A DNA stretch of 64,000 nucleotides from a virus: IMG/VR virus record IMGVR_UViG_3300017766_003354, positions 32,001 to 96,000 of that record, one strand, 5' to 3'. Under the pieces are notes generated by a model. It saw nothing but the letters and a program-made list of their open reading frames with translations, was not told the origin of the DNA and ran no database searches. Shown here piece by piece: positions 1 through 9,620 of this stretch. The translations under genes were made by a program, and so were the position numbers. Numbering within the stretch: the first letter of the stretch is position 1; each line of letters starts with the position of its first letter.

Positions 1-4
1 CGCC

Positions 5-220
5 ATGAAAGACCGATACTCTGTAGGATTTAAAGATCCCGAAACCCGTTGCGCCGCAACTGAACTTTATCCAGAATTGACTCCAATTGTTGATAATCGG
101 ATGTTCGTGAATGGGAGTGTTATTGCTTTTTGTCTCTCAAAATATGAGGCCGAAGTTCTGGCCGAAAGGTTGCAACTTTTGGAGGACTATAAGGACCGAG
201 GTTTTCCAGTAGAGAAGTAA
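5..220 (+). CDS. hypothetical protein
   Basis: ORF in tightly packed + strand early gene run. Confidence 0.6.
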   Translation: MKDRYSVGFKDPETRCAATELYPELTPIVDNRMFVNGSVIAFCLSKYEAEVLAERLQLLEDYKDRGFPVEK

Positions 221-223
221 ATT

Positions 224-418
224 ATGACTAAATATCAAATCTCCTTTCTTCTTTATCACGAATCTTTCGGTGGTCGCGATCACTGTGATGGGTGGCATGA
301 TTTTTTCGTCAACGCAAAGAACGAGAAACTAGCTATTGATAAGGCTAAAAAATTGGTCCCTTTTGGTCATTGGATTAAGGATACGACTGTTTTTAACAGA
401 GCAAAGAAAAACTCATGA
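224..418 (+). CDS. hypothetical protein
   Basis: ORF; ATGA overlap with next gene. Confidence 0.65.
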   Translation: MTKYQISFLLYHESFGGRDHCDGWHDFFVNAKNEKLAIDKAKKLVPFGHWIKDTTVFNRAKKNS

Positions 419-882
419 ACGAAGAAAACGAAATCGAATATTCTGTATTTGTTAAACGCTGCTATGATGGCAGGGACCGAGACAATTACCCTAAGACTTA
501 TGTCGCAGAAGACTATTTAATTTCTGCCGACTCTCTTGACAATTTGTATGAGAGAATGGCAAAAGAATACGTCGATTGGAAGCTAAAAGGAGAAAAGAGA
601 ATCAAAGTTACTCCATCTTGGTCAGACGACCCGCACGATCTTGACGGTTATTTTGTTGAATTTGGCGATATTCATGTCATTATTGAAGAATATTCTGAGG
701 CCAAAATGAAAGCCACCGAAACTTACAAAAATAAAGCCCAAACTCGCGACGAATTTCTGGCCAAACAAAAAATCCTAGAAGCGGCAAAAAAGAAAGCAGA
801 ACAAGAACGCTCTAAAAAATACAAAGAACAACAAGAAAGAGAAGAATATTTGAGACTCAAGAAAAAATTCGAAAAACAATGA
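415..882 (+). CDS. hypothetical protein with C-terminal charged coiled coil
   Basis: 155 aa ORF, ATGA overlaps on both sides. Confidence 0.75.
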   Translation: MNEENEIEYSVFVKRCYDGRDRDNYPKTYVAEDYLISADSLDNLYERMAKEYVDWKLKGEKRIKVTPSWSDDPHDLDGYFVEFGDIHVIIEEYSEAKMKATETYKNKAQTRDEFLAKQKILEAAKKKAEQERSKKYKEQQEREEYLRLKKKFEKQ

Positions 883-1100
883 AAATTCGCCCAAACGGTC
901 TGCATTGGTGGTTTGGCATCTCTAATGAAAAAGATGTAAATGGCAGACTAATTGTTTGGCCGAAGTGGCATGTTGTCCACTGTTGGTCTGAAAAACGAGA
1001 AGGGTATGCTACAGGAGCACATTTTGAAAACACCATGAACCAACGTGAAATGGTTGATGGTGTTTGGGGTGAAGAAATAATTCCTCCAAAAATACCTTGA
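879..1100 (+). CDS. hypothetical protein
   Basis: ORF coupled to upstream gene. Confidence 0.6.
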   Translation: MKIRPNGLHWWFGISNEKDVNGRLIVWPKWHVVHCWSEKREGYATGAHFENTMNQREMVDGVWGEEIIPPKIP

Positions 1101-1131
1101 CGCGAACCCAATTTTAAATTACTCTCCCGCC
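1097..1131 (+). promoter_or_regulatory. sigma70-type promoter, near-leaderless start
   Basis: TTGACG-N17-TACTCT then 6 nt to ATG 1132. Confidence 0.65.
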
Positions 1132-2067
1132 ATGCGAAACCAAGTCTTTGACGAAATCATTGGGCAATCCTCCGTTATCTCTACGCTTTCCCTTTATCTG
1201 GATGCGTTCAAGGAAACGGAACGTCTGCCATTCATTAACTTCCAAGCATCGCGAGGATCTGGAAAGAGCCATATTGCCCGCGCATTCCGTTCTGGTCTGC
1301 GCCGTAAAGATGGATCGAAGGTTCCCATGCTTGAAGTAAACTGCGCCTCCATCAAGGGGACTAATCAATTTTTCGAGCAGATTGTCCCTATGTGGGTTAA
1401 TAACGATGCCTTGCTCTTCCTAGACGAACTCCACAACTGTCCCAAAGGACTACAACAGATTTTTCTCTCTCTTTTTAATGTGGATCGCTCTCCGATTCGT
1501 GAAGTAACGCATGAAGGAATTCCTTATGTTTTCGATTTTACCAAGATTTCCTTCTTGGGAGCGTCCACTGACCACCAACGACTTGTAGAACCATTGCGTG
1601 ATCGTCTCCGCAATATTGCCCTAGAAGAATACACTCCTGATCAACTCTTCGAAATCTTCCTTAATAACCTCGAAAATCGAGTAAATATTGAAGCCTCAGC
1701 CAAACCAGCAATCATTTCAACCTTCAGGGGAAATCCCCGTGATGCTGTCGTGAAGGCCGAAGACCTCAAGACTTACATTGCGGCCCAAAGTTCTAAAAAT
1801 ATTTGTGAGGTTGGCTGGGACGCCTTCTGTAGAACGATGGGGATTCTTCCTTTGGGACTTAGTTTTTCGGAAATGCAGCTAATTAAAGCTTTGGGTAAGA
1901 ACGGAGATTGTTCGTTGAATATGCTTTCTTCGGTTACGGGGTTTGAACGTTCTGCCATCCAAAATGACTACGAAAAGCTTCTTTTTAGGAAGGGGTTGCT
2001 GGTCGTGGATTCCAAGAGGAAATTAACGGCTGATGGCGTCAGGTTCTACCATCAATATTGCAAATAA
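1132..2067 (+). CDS. ruvB: RuvB-like AAA+ ATPase
   Basis: FDEIIGQ, Walker A-like ASRGSGKS, LFLDELH, GASTD..L..PLRDR, RGNPR, C-terminal winged-helix-like end. Confidence 0.85.
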   Translation: MRNQVFDEIIGQSSVISTLSLYLDAFKETERLPFINFQASRGSGKSHIARAFRSGLRRKDGSKVPMLEVNCASIKGTNQFFEQIVPMWVNNDALLFLDELHNCPKGLQQIFLSLFNVDRSPIREVTHEGIPYVFDFTKISFLGASTDHQRLVEPLRDRLRNIALEEYTPDQLFEIFLNNLENRVNIEASAKPAIISTFRGNPRDAVVKAEDLKTYIAAQSSKNICEVGWDAFCRTMGILPLGLSFSEMQLIKALGKNGDCSLNMLSSVTGFERSAIQNDYEKLLFRKGLLVVDSKRKLTADGVRFYHQYCK

Positions 2068-2106
2068 TATATTGACACCCACTCCAAATTAAATTAACCT
2101 CCGCTC

Positions 2107-2529
2107 ATGCAAATTATAAATCAACTAAACGACACAGACTTTGTAATCCGCGTGCAACCGAAGAAAAGAAACGGAACGCACATTGTAGTCGCCCATGATT
2201 ATGTCAACTTTTTTGGAGAAATGGGTCTTTATACAGATATAGACGTTTACAACAAATCAATTACAGGTCCAAACGCTTTATGCTCTAATGTCGTTAGCGT
2301 TCCTATGAATGTTCAGGTTCCTATTCGTTCTTTTGTAAATGGAATTCTTCCTATGTTGAACGAGTACAAATATTGTCAAAAAGAACACGCAGACAGTTAT
2401 TCCTTACATGGCCACAACATTACTTTCTATAGGGAAGACGGCGTAAAAATGATTACAGTCTGCGAAAAAGGCGAAGAACCTCAGACCATAACTTATTCTC
2501 TATACGAAAAACTTAATCAAAAATCATGA
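2107..2529 (+). CDS. hypothetical protein
   Basis: 140 aa ORF preceded by TTGACA-N17-TAACCT. Confidence 0.75.
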   Translation: MQIINQLNDTDFVIRVQPKKRNGTHIVVAHDYVNFFGEMGLYTDIDVYNKSITGPNALCSNVVSVPMNVQVPIRSFVNGILPMLNEYKYCQKEHADSYSLHGHNITFYREDGVKMITVCEKGEEPQTITYSLYEKLNQKS

Positions 2530-2747
2530 AAACTGATATTCAATTCGACACCGACGCTACTACAGGCGACGATTGCGTTATTCTTTTTGCCGCTTCGGGA
2601 TCTAAAGAAGCTATTCGAGAAAAACTTCTCTTAATGGCTCTCGAAATTAACGACGAGGAATACCCAAAACCAATCCAAGGAATAATTTCTTCTTTTTCTT
2701 TAACTTCTCACGTAATTACTCCAATCTGGGGAGGAAAAGAATATTAA
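2526..2747 (+). CDS. hypothetical protein
   Basis: ATGA-coupled ORF. Confidence 0.6.
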   Translation: MKTDIQFDTDATTGDDCVILFAASGSKEAIREKLLLMALEINDEEYPKPIQGIISSFSLTSHVITPIWGGKEY

Positions 2748-2748
2748 T

Positions 2749-2925
2749 ATGTGGCCATTCAAGAAAAAATTCTGGAAAGAAATCAGCCGCGAATATTTAA
2801 GGACAGAGTATGATTCTTTTTATTCATTTGATGATTACTTTGAAGTTTACGCCATTACTTACCAAGACATCAATTCCGACAAAAGGAAAATAAAAGAAGT
2901 ATGGATATTAAAAGAAACTCCTTGA
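2749..2925 (+). CDS. small hypothetical protein (MWPFKKKFWK...)
   Basis: 58 aa ORF read manually, fills the gap. Confidence 0.55.
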   Translation: MWPFKKKFWKEISREYLRTEYDSFYSFDDYFEVYAITYQDINSDKRKIKEVWILKETP

Positions 2926-2956
2926 CAGAAGCTCGAATTTTAAATACCCTTCGGCC

Positions 2957-3214
2957 ATGAAATTCTAAATCAGCTACGACGAAAACGGCAACCCCGCTTA
3001 TGTAACCAAAGATACTGGTTTTTGCCTTTCTAGTGGTCCTTTTCGACCAGAAGAAGACGGCTGGATGCTTGATCAACTCGATCCCATGGACTTCCCCGCA
3101 ATTCAAACTGGCAGGGATATGGAATATCTTGTGGCCGAAGTAAATAGTCTTCGCCGCCAACTTTTCCACGAAAAACAAACGAGCGGCCTCTATCGCAATT
3201 CAGTGGGATTTTAA
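2957..3214 (+). pseudogene. hypothetical gene with in-frame TAA at codon 4
   Basis: Promoter TTGACA-N17-TACCCT, then ATG AAA TTC TAA and an open frame to TAA 3212-3214. Confidence 0.6.
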
Positions 3215-3251
3215 TCTTGACAGGCAACTAACTTTAAACTACTCTACGCAC

Positions 3252-3533
3252 ATGAACAACTTCCTCTCTCCCAAAAGAGACTCTGCTAATAATACACAAC
3301 CATTCTCTTGGTCTTCTCGCAATGGTTCTCAATTTTATTGTGACAGAAAAGACTTTGGTTCGAAAATCTTTGTCTCATGTTCTCCAGAAAAGAAAGAACG
3401 ACTGAGCCAAGATATTGCCGAAATGATTGCTATGCACGCTCTTGAAATTTGGCCAACCCTTAATGGATTTTCTGGATATGATTGTTTAAACTTTGAATTC
3501 TCAGAAAAAAGCTTGACAGCAACGGAAATTTAA
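3252..3533 (+). CDS. hypothetical protein
   Basis: ORF with own TTGACA-N17-TACTCT promoter. Confidence 0.7.
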   Translation: MNNFLSPKRDSANNTQPFSWSSRNGSQFYCDRKDFGSKIFVSCSPEKKERLSQDIAEMIAMHALEIWPTLNGFSGYDCLNFEFSEKSLTATEI

Positions 3534-3547
3534 TTCAACCTACGCCC

Positions 3548-3709
3548 ATGAAAGCAACACTAATAATTGACGGCGAAACCTTCGAAGCTGAAGGCTGGTC
3601 TTTCGAGGAAGCCATGCAGGAGCTCGGGCGCAAGGCTAAGCTAATCAAAAAGAGCGAAACAATTAAAATCCTAAGCCCCGCTCAACTTCAGGGCGCGGAA
3701 CATGTCTAA
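3548..3709 (+). CDS. small hypothetical protein (MKATLIIDGETFEAEG...)
   Basis: Manually read 53 aa ORF after TTGACA promoter. Confidence 0.6.
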   Translation: MKATLIIDGETFEAEGWSFEEAMQELGRKAKLIKKSETIKILSPAQLQGAEHV

Positions 3710-3713
3710 TATT

Positions 3714-3950
3714 ATGGAAACACAAACAAAGCGCGGGCGCGGACGCCCCAAGGGCAGCCATTCATTCCAATTGGTAACTCTGTCTGAACTAATGGCTAAA
3801 TGCGGTCCAGATACTCAAATTCCAGTTGGCCGATTGTGGCTCAACGGACGAGAAAAGCGCCAAGAAATCAGTGTGACGATTCCTGTCGTTCCCTCAGTTG
3901 AGGCTCCAGCGCCAGAAGATACAGTTGAAATGACTCTAATTATTGACTAA
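3714..3950 (+). CDS. AT-hook DNA-binding protein
   Basis: KRGRGRPKGS motif. Confidence 0.65.
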   Translation: METQTKRGRGRPKGSHSFQLVTLSELMAKCGPDTQIPVGRLWLNGREKRQEISVTIPVVPSVEAPAPEDTVEMTLIID

Positions 3951-4202
3951 ATGCAAACACTAATTTCTGCAATTGAAGAATCGGAAGATTCTACTGAAAT
4001 TGATGCCATGTTTTGCATCCTGCGGGATCGAAAAATTGGAATTAAAAAGAAACTCCTTTGCCTTGCCTTGATTCTTGGACTAGAAGACTCAGAAGTGGTC
4101 AACGAAGCTCCGAAAGATGCAAACGGCAGAATCCTTGATCATCAATCTCGGCATATCATCAGCGAATCCCTAGTAAAAGCCTCACAAAAGAACAAAAACT
4201 AA
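3951..4202 (+). CDS. hypothetical protein
   Basis: Abutting ORF. Confidence 0.65.
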   Translation: MQTLISAIEESEDSTEIDAMFCILRDRKIGIKKKLLCLALILGLEDSEVVNEAPKDANGRILDHQSRHIISESLVKASQKNKN

Positions 4203-4375
4203 TGCACTACGAAGTAAGGACAGAGAAAGGCGGATGGCGCGGTAATTACGACTGCTCCTATAACAAGGAGAACCAGCCAACCCCGCTGGCACAAGCGATC
4301 ATCAACGCGAAATCACATTTTGGTTATGTGTTTTTGGTGGATGGTGAAAAGGAGGAGCAGGTATGGCCGAAGTAA
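4202..4375 (+). CDS. small hypothetical protein (MHYEVRTEKGG...)
   Basis: Manually read, TAATG overlap. Confidence 0.55.
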   Translation: MHYEVRTEKGGWRGNYDCSYNKENQPTPLAQAIINAKSHFGYVFLVDGEKEEQVWPK

Positions 4376-4581
4376 AAATCGAAAAAGGAATCTCCATTCC
4401 TACTCGGTGGGTGGCGCAAGAGACTCTAAGCAAAATGAAAGCTGGAGATTCTGTTGTTATCAATATCCAAGATCAGGGTATTTGGCGTCACGCTTCTCTT
4501 CAGTTGCGCCATAAAATTACCACACGAAAAATTTCGAAGAGACAACTGCGACTGTGGAAACTTGATTATGCAAAAAATTAA
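4363..4581 (+). CDS. small putative DNA-binding protein (KIEKGI-IP family), paralog 1
   Basis: KIEKGISIP...LSKMKAGDSV...RK...LRLWK. Confidence 0.7.
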   Translation: MAEVKIEKGISIPTRWVAQETLSKMKAGDSVVINIQDQGIWRHASLQLRHKITTRKISKRQLRLWKLDYAKN

Positions 4582-4777
4582 AATCGAAAAGGGTATCCCT
4601 ATTCCTGAAAGCAAAAAGGGCGAAATCGTGCAAATTTTATCAAAAATGGTAAAAAATGATTCAGTTTTGATTCCTAGAAAGAAAGAAGTCCTTTGGAGGA
4701 CTACGGCATGGAAATATGGGATTAAAATTGCTGGTCGTAAAGAGTCAGAGCAAGAGTGCCGTTTGTGGAAAGTTTAA
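4568..4777 (+). CDS. small putative DNA-binding protein (KIEKGI-IP family), paralog 2
   Basis: KIEKGIPIP...LSKMVKNDSV...RK...CRLWK; start moved to ATG 4568. Confidence 0.7.
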   Translation: MQKIKIEKGIPIPESKKGEIVQILSKMVKNDSVLIPRKKEVLWRTTAWKYGIKIAGRKESEQECRLWKV

Positions 4778-4781
4778 GACA

Positions 4782-4979
4782 ATGAAAGAAAAATTCTTTG
4801 CTGTTATCAAAGCCTCTGATGGTCGGTTCGAAGTAATCGACCATCCTGATAAACTCTGCGGCTATCGGCCAAAATCGGTTTATCTGTTTGGAAACGCCGT
4901 ATCGTCAAAAGAAGAAGAATTGAGGGACAGGGCCAGAGTCCTTTATTACTATTGCGACGACTTTCACGAAATTCGTTGA
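4782..4979 (+). CDS. hypothetical protein
   Basis: ORF, start MKEKFF. Confidence 0.55.
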   Translation: MKEKFFAVIKASDGRFEVIDHPDKLCGYRPKSVYLFGNAVSSKEEELRDRARVLYYYCDDFHEIR

Positions 4980-5012
4980 TTTTAATTCTCTGGTGTAATA
5001 TAATTTAGAGAC

Positions 5013-5345
5013 ATGCGAACCATCGTAAAGAAAACCATAATCCTCGAAACTAAAAGGCACGATTTTGACAATGAGTTCGCTTATGTTGAGATCTGGACCA
5101 ATAATCACCTGAAAGACAATTACTTTGCTGAAAAAGAATCTCTCTTTTTAGACGGTTCCCTGAAACCCAAGGCGAAGAAATACTTTTATTCTCCATTCTA
5201 CGGCGAAGAAATCGAAAAAGAAATCAAGCCAGTAAAGTTGGAAAAGTTCCAGTGGTTTGATAAGCTTTACTACTTTGATGAAGAAGGTGAGATTGTCAGG
5301 ATTGATGGGGTAAAGGCTGAAGACATTGAGTATTCACTGAATTAA
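5013..5345 (+). CDS. hypothetical protein
   Basis: 110 aa ORF. Confidence 0.7.
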   Translation: MRTIVKKTIILETKRHDFDNEFAYVEIWTNNHLKDNYFAEKESLFLDGSLKPKAKKYFYSPFYGEEIEKEIKPVKLEKFQWFDKLYYFDEEGEIVRIDGVKAEDIEYSLN

Positions 5346-5348
5346 AAA

Positions 5349-5558
5349 ATGACAGAATACTTTGTTCAAGCAGCGTGGAATCAGCACGAAGTCACAGACA
5401 CCCAAACTCCAGTAAAGAAAAAAGCAATTGAAAGATATACCTCTCTTTGCGAAGAAAATCCTTACACAAAATTTAAAATTGTTAAGCGAACCATCACAGA
5501 CGAAGTAATTGCCGAATCTGAAGATGCCAGACAAGCGAGATTCGATTTTGTTTCTTGA
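5349..5558 (+). CDS. hypothetical protein
   Basis: ORF in operon. Confidence 0.6.
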   Translation: MTEYFVQAAWNQHEVTDTQTPVKKKAIERYTSLCEENPYTKFKIVKRTITDEVIAESEDARQARFDFVS

Positions 5559-5663
5559 GCCGCAATTAAAATTGCGAACCTTGTAAAAACTACTTGACCC
5601 GCGAATAAGACTGCGTTAGTCTCTTCGCACGGCGACGTTCGCCGCTCTTAAATTGCTAAAAAT

Positions 5664-7586
5664 ATGAAAATTGTTAATTCTGCTTCTCCATTAATCGTCT
5701 CTGAAGGCTTTGATGATAACGTATCTATCATGGATATGACTTCTGAAGCTGCTCTCGAAATGACGCGCCATCTTCGTGATACGGTCTATACTAATAAGGA
5801 ATTGGCTGTGGTCCGCGAATTGGGGACTAATTTGTTAGACGAACATTGCCTACACAATATTGATAAAAATGGAGAAATCGGAATCCGCGATATCAATGGA
5901 CAGTATGAGTTTTTTGCCCGCGATTTTGCCAAGGGGTTGAGCGAAGAAGGGGTTAGAAAAATCTTCGGAGCATACGGAAATTCCCAAAAAAGGCACACGA
6001 ATGTTGCCAGCGGGATGCTTGGAATTGGCTCAAAAAGTCCATTTAGTTATTCTGACACATACTATGTTATCTCATATTTCGGCGGTCAGAAAACCACTTA
6101 TACCCTTGCCTTGGGTGGTGACGAGAATGGTTCTTCCAATGGTTTTATTTATAAGACTTTCTCTGAGCCGACAAACGAAACTGGTCTGGAAGTAATCGTC
6201 CCAATTAAAAATTGCGACGTTTCCAAATTCAGTAACGAAATTCGTAATTTTGTGCATTTCTCTCCACATAAGATTATCTGTAATATTTGTGGTATTGAAT
6301 CGGAGCCTTATCCTATCGCTATTCAAGAAACTCACGATGGAATTGATTTTACTCTTTTTGCTGGTCATAGTTCACATCGTTCTGAACTGGCGAGATTGCA
6401 AATGGGTGGAGTTCAATATGAAGACTTTAACCTGCCAGAAGGGTTTAGAACAAAGGATAATCATACTCTTGTTGTCAATGTTCCTATCGGTTCTATGACG
6501 GTGGCTATGTCACGCGAATCCTTCCACGCAACACCCTCAAATCAAAATTTCAAAGCCAAAATCTCCCGCATTCTGGAAGAAATGACTCAGCGAGATTTTG
6601 CCGCTCTAAAGACAAAGCCTTTGAAGGACTTTATTGACGAAAATCTTGGAGAGCTTCATGTCAACAAGCAGGTCGAGGGATCTATTTTTAAAACCCGCAT
6701 CGCTCATGTTTATCCTGAAACGTGGAAAGTAATTGGTAATCTCTCATACATCGACTGCGGCACGGTTGTTCAAAAGAACAATAAGCCTCTGCTAATTCTA
6801 ATTCCTGATAACAAGGCAACCGACCACTGGAAATCCAAGCTTCGCGAATTTGCTAGGGCGAATGGTCAAAGTTATTATATTGCTTGTCATCACGAATTCC
6901 TTGGATTAACGCCAGAAGGGAATGCTGAAATCAATCAATATTTCCATCCGATTGGAATCAAGTCTCTAAAGTTTCCGAAGACAAAGAGGACAAAGAGTTA
7001 TGCGGTTTATAACAAAAAATCCCGCGAAGGAAGTTTTAATGCGATTGGCTTCGCTAATTGTCTGCGGACCCATTATTTTAATCTGCCAGAAGAAACCGAC
7101 GAACAAAAGATAAAAGAATGGATTGATTCTGAAAAACAGAAGGCCATTGCTACAAAAGACTCAACAAAGCTAAACAAACTGGCAATCACCGTTAGTTCTC
7201 CGAGCCGTTATACTTCTTGGTCCTGCGCTTCGGAAGAATTGGCCCAGCATATTGAAGATTTGGGGCTCTTTGTGACAGGTCGTGGAGAATATTCTAAGCA
7301 CGTTCAACTGTGGGCTACAGAGCAGGCTACCGCTCAAGCAAAACAAAACAAAATCAAAACGGCCCTAAAATCTTGGGCGACTTTTCATCCTCGCACAGTC
7401 GAGCTTGTTAAGAAGGATAAAAACGCAGAACGACTGAATAAATTCTGGGAAGCTGTAATGGCTGAGAAGACCACAAGAACCAAAATCTTCTCTCATGTTC
7501 AATCCTCCTACGAAAACTACTACGGCAACAAAAATAAATTGACAAGAGCAGAATTACGGGCTATTCTCAAGCTACAAAACGCCTAA
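5664..7586 (+). CDS. rIIA: rIIA-like protein (N-terminal GHKL/HATPase domain)
   Basis: VYTNKELAVVREL, RDFAKGLS, GMLGIGSKSPFSYSD; upstream of rIIB-like gene. Confidence 0.85.
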   Translation: MKIVNSASPLIVSEGFDDNVSIMDMTSEAALEMTRHLRDTVYTNKELAVVRELGTNLLDEHCLHNIDKNGEIGIRDINGQYEFFARDFAKGLSEEGVRKIFGAYGNSQKRHTNVASGMLGIGSKSPFSYSDTYYVISYFGGQKTTYTLALGGDENGSSNGFIYKTFSEPTNETGLEVIVPIKNCDVSKFSNEIRNFVHFSPHKIICNICGIESEPYPIAIQETHDGIDFTLFAGHSSHRSELARLQMGGVQYEDFNLPEGFRTKDNHTLVVNVPIGSMTVAMSRESFHATPSNQNFKAKISRILEEMTQRDFAALKTKPLKDFIDENLGELHVNKQVEGSIFKTRIAHVYPETWKVIGNLSYIDCGTVVQKNNKPLLILIPDNKATDHWKSKLREFARANGQSYYIACHHEFLGLTPEGNAEINQYFHPIGIKSLKFPKTKRTKSYAVYNKKSREGSFNAIGFANCLRTHYFNLPEETDEQKIKEWIDSEKQKAIATKDSTKLNKLAITVSSPSRYTSWSCASEELAQHIEDLGLFVTGRGEYSKHVQLWATEQATAQAKQNKIKTALKSWATFHPRTVELVKKDKNAERLNKFWEAVMAEKTTRTKIFSHVQSSYENYYGNKNKLTRAELRAILKLQNA

Positions 7587-7590
7587 AAAC

Positions 7591-7800
7591 ATGACAGACG
7601 CAGAAAAATATTGGTTCGACCAAGGAATAAAAGTGGGAAAAAAAGCAACCTCTCATCCAGAACAACTGATTCAAGAAGAATGGGATAAAGATATGCAAGA
7701 ATGGGCGGGCAATACTAGTCATTTTAATAACTTTTTTGTTGACTTTCTGGCTTTTGCCGAGGGAATAAAAAAAGGCTCAACCTACTACAAAAATCATTGA
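7591..7800 (+). CDS. hypothetical protein
   Basis: ORF between rIIA and rIIB. Confidence 0.6.
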   Translation: MTDAEKYWFDQGIKVGKKATSHPEQLIQEEWDKDMQEWAGNTSHFNNFFVDFLAFAEGIKKGSTYYKNH

Positions 7801-7862
7801 CAGACTCAACTCATTTGCTATAAAGCTCTCGACACAAAACAACACAAAGAAAGAACAATACA

Positions 7863-8867
7863 GTGCAATACATTTTAGGAACAAACGGTTTTACCTTCTT
7901 TTTCAAGGGGCGTCCTAAGCAGATCGCCAAGGGAACCACTCAATACGCCAAAATTCTCAAAGCCTTTGATTTGCCCGCAGATCAGCAAGATTCGGCCATT
8001 TGTGATATTCTTGATGGTGATAAGGTCGCAGTGAAAGAAGCAGAACTTGCGGGATTCTCTTTTGATGGCGGGACTGTTAAAATTGACAACGAGGTTTTGC
8101 CTGATGTTTTGGCGCGAAAGATTGAGTCTCTGAAGAAAGAGGGTTTGCCAATCACCTTATTTCTCCCATTCTGGCGCGAACTTAGGCAAAATCCAGACTA
8201 TGCAGTAGTCAATGATCGCGGGCTTTATGACTTTCTTTCTTATCGTGAATTGCCCGTCAGCGAGGATGGCTGCATCATTTCTTATCGCGGAGTTCAAAAA
8301 GATTACTGGTCACGTAGCGGTAATCCAGCTACCAAAGTCATCCAAGGAAAGACCAATAAGAGCGGCCAAATTTTTAATGGAATTGGAGAAGTTATTGAAA
8401 TTGTTCGCAATCAAGTAACTACTGATCGTTCTGTCCATTGTCATGCTGGATCATTGCATATCGGATCACTCAAATACGCAAAAGAATGGGGAGATCGAGT
8501 AATTGTTGTTAAAGTTAATCCTCGCGATGTTGTTTCTGTTGCAAGTGATTGTGAGTGTCAAAAATTGAGGGTCTGTAAATATGAAGTCATTGGAGACTTA
8601 GAAGAGGAAATTTTGGCCCCTATTACCGATTCAGTTGGCAAGCCAATCGAAGAACAAACAAAGAAAGAAGCAACTGCATTCCAAGAGCGCATTTCTAATT
8701 ACCTCAAAAAGAAAGCCTCGAAAAACTGGCATCAAGTGGATGTAAAATCCATCCAAAACATCTTTAGCCCCGAATACCCTAATAAGAAGCGGGTTTTGGC
8801 CGCTCTTGATTCTCTTGGGTATGTTTGGAAAAACGATTCTCTGAGTGGAGAAATCGTGTATCTGTAA
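7863..8867 (+). CDS. rIIB: rIIB-like protein
   Basis: FW..L..NP, LYDFL, DG.IISYRGV..DY, VKVNPRDVVSV..DC..QKLRVCKYEV. Confidence 0.88.
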   Translation: MQYILGTNGFTFFFKGRPKQIAKGTTQYAKILKAFDLPADQQDSAICDILDGDKVAVKEAELAGFSFDGGTVKIDNEVLPDVLARKIESLKKEGLPITLFLPFWRELRQNPDYAVVNDRGLYDFLSYRELPVSEDGCIISYRGVQKDYWSRSGNPATKVIQGKTNKSGQIFNGIGEVIEIVRNQVTTDRSVHCHAGSLHIGSLKYAKEWGDRVIVVKVNPRDVVSVASDCECQKLRVCKYEVIGDLEEEILAPITDSVGKPIEEQTKKEATAFQERISNYLKKKASKNWHQVDVKSIQNIFSPEYPNKKRVLAALDSLGYVWKNDSLSGEIVYL

Positions 8868-8877
8868 CCGAAAACCC

Positions 8878-8900
8878 AGCGGGGCGGGAAACCGCCCCGC
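8878..8900 (+). terminator. GC-rich hairpin
   Basis: gcggggcgg-gaaa-ccgccccgc; no strong T tract. Confidence 0.4.
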
Positions 8901-8908
8901 ATTCTATC

Positions 8909-9142
8909 ATGAATCAAGAACAAAGAAACCAAATCACAGAAAAACTTCTGCTAGCTCGCACCCGAGTCCAGAATCTTTTTGCCCAACAAGATGATATTGT
9001 TGCTGCGGTTATTGAAGAATTGGGGCTAAAGAATGCCTCAGAAGTCCTTGCCCGCTCTTATATTGAAAAAAGGGTGGATGAGAAATGGCTGATGAATGAT
9101 TTGAATCAGTTGCTTTTCCTTCTCTCTGACCTTGACGCATGA
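8909..9142 (+). CDS. hypothetical protein
   Basis: ORF from MNQEQR. Confidence 0.6.
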   Translation: MNQEQRNQITEKLLLARTRVQNLFAQQDDIVAAVIEELGLKNASEVLARSYIEKRVDEKWLMNDLNQLLFLLSDLDA

Positions 9143-9369
9143 AAAGAAAATTTCGGATAATCAAAAAAACAAGGAGAACTTCGTTTGGGCCTTTCGATGG
9201 ATACGTAATCCAAAAACAGAAAAATTTCTCTGGTCGATTAATTTGGGACGATCTAGAATTAGATGAAAAAAAATATTATAACAGTTTGGAAGCAGCCGAA
9301 TCTGCTCTTACAAATTATATAGAGCCCCCAAAACCAAGCTTCGAAGTAATCAAAGAATATGAATTCTAA
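9139..9369 (+). CDS. hypothetical protein
   Basis: ATGA-coupled ORF. Confidence 0.65.
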   Translation: MKRKFRIIKKTRRTSFGPFDGYVIQKQKNFSGRLIWDDLELDEKKYYNSLEAAESALTNYIEPPKPSFEVIKEYEF

Positions 9370-9380
9370 ATTTAAAATCA

Positions 9381-9620
9381 ATGAGCCAAAAAACAATAAT
9401 CCGCCATACCTGCGATCACTGTGGCAAAACGCAGGAAGAAGAGCAAACCAACTGGCTAAACACTGGAGGCCCGAAAAACTGGTCAGGCTGGGACATTAAA
9501 CAAAAAGGAACAGCTTCTTGTTTCTACGGAACAATGGGGCAATCTGTTGAATTTTGTTGTTATGATTGTGCAATTAAATGGATGAAAGAAAAAATCGAAT
9601 GGCAGCTACTAACGACATAA
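9381..9620 (+). CDS. putative Zn-binding protein
   Basis: CDHC...CCYDC. Confidence 0.65.
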   Translation: MSQKTIIRHTCDHCGKTQEEEQTNWLNTGGPKNWSGWDIKQKGTASCFYGTMGQSVEFCCYDCAIKWMKEKIEWQLLTT

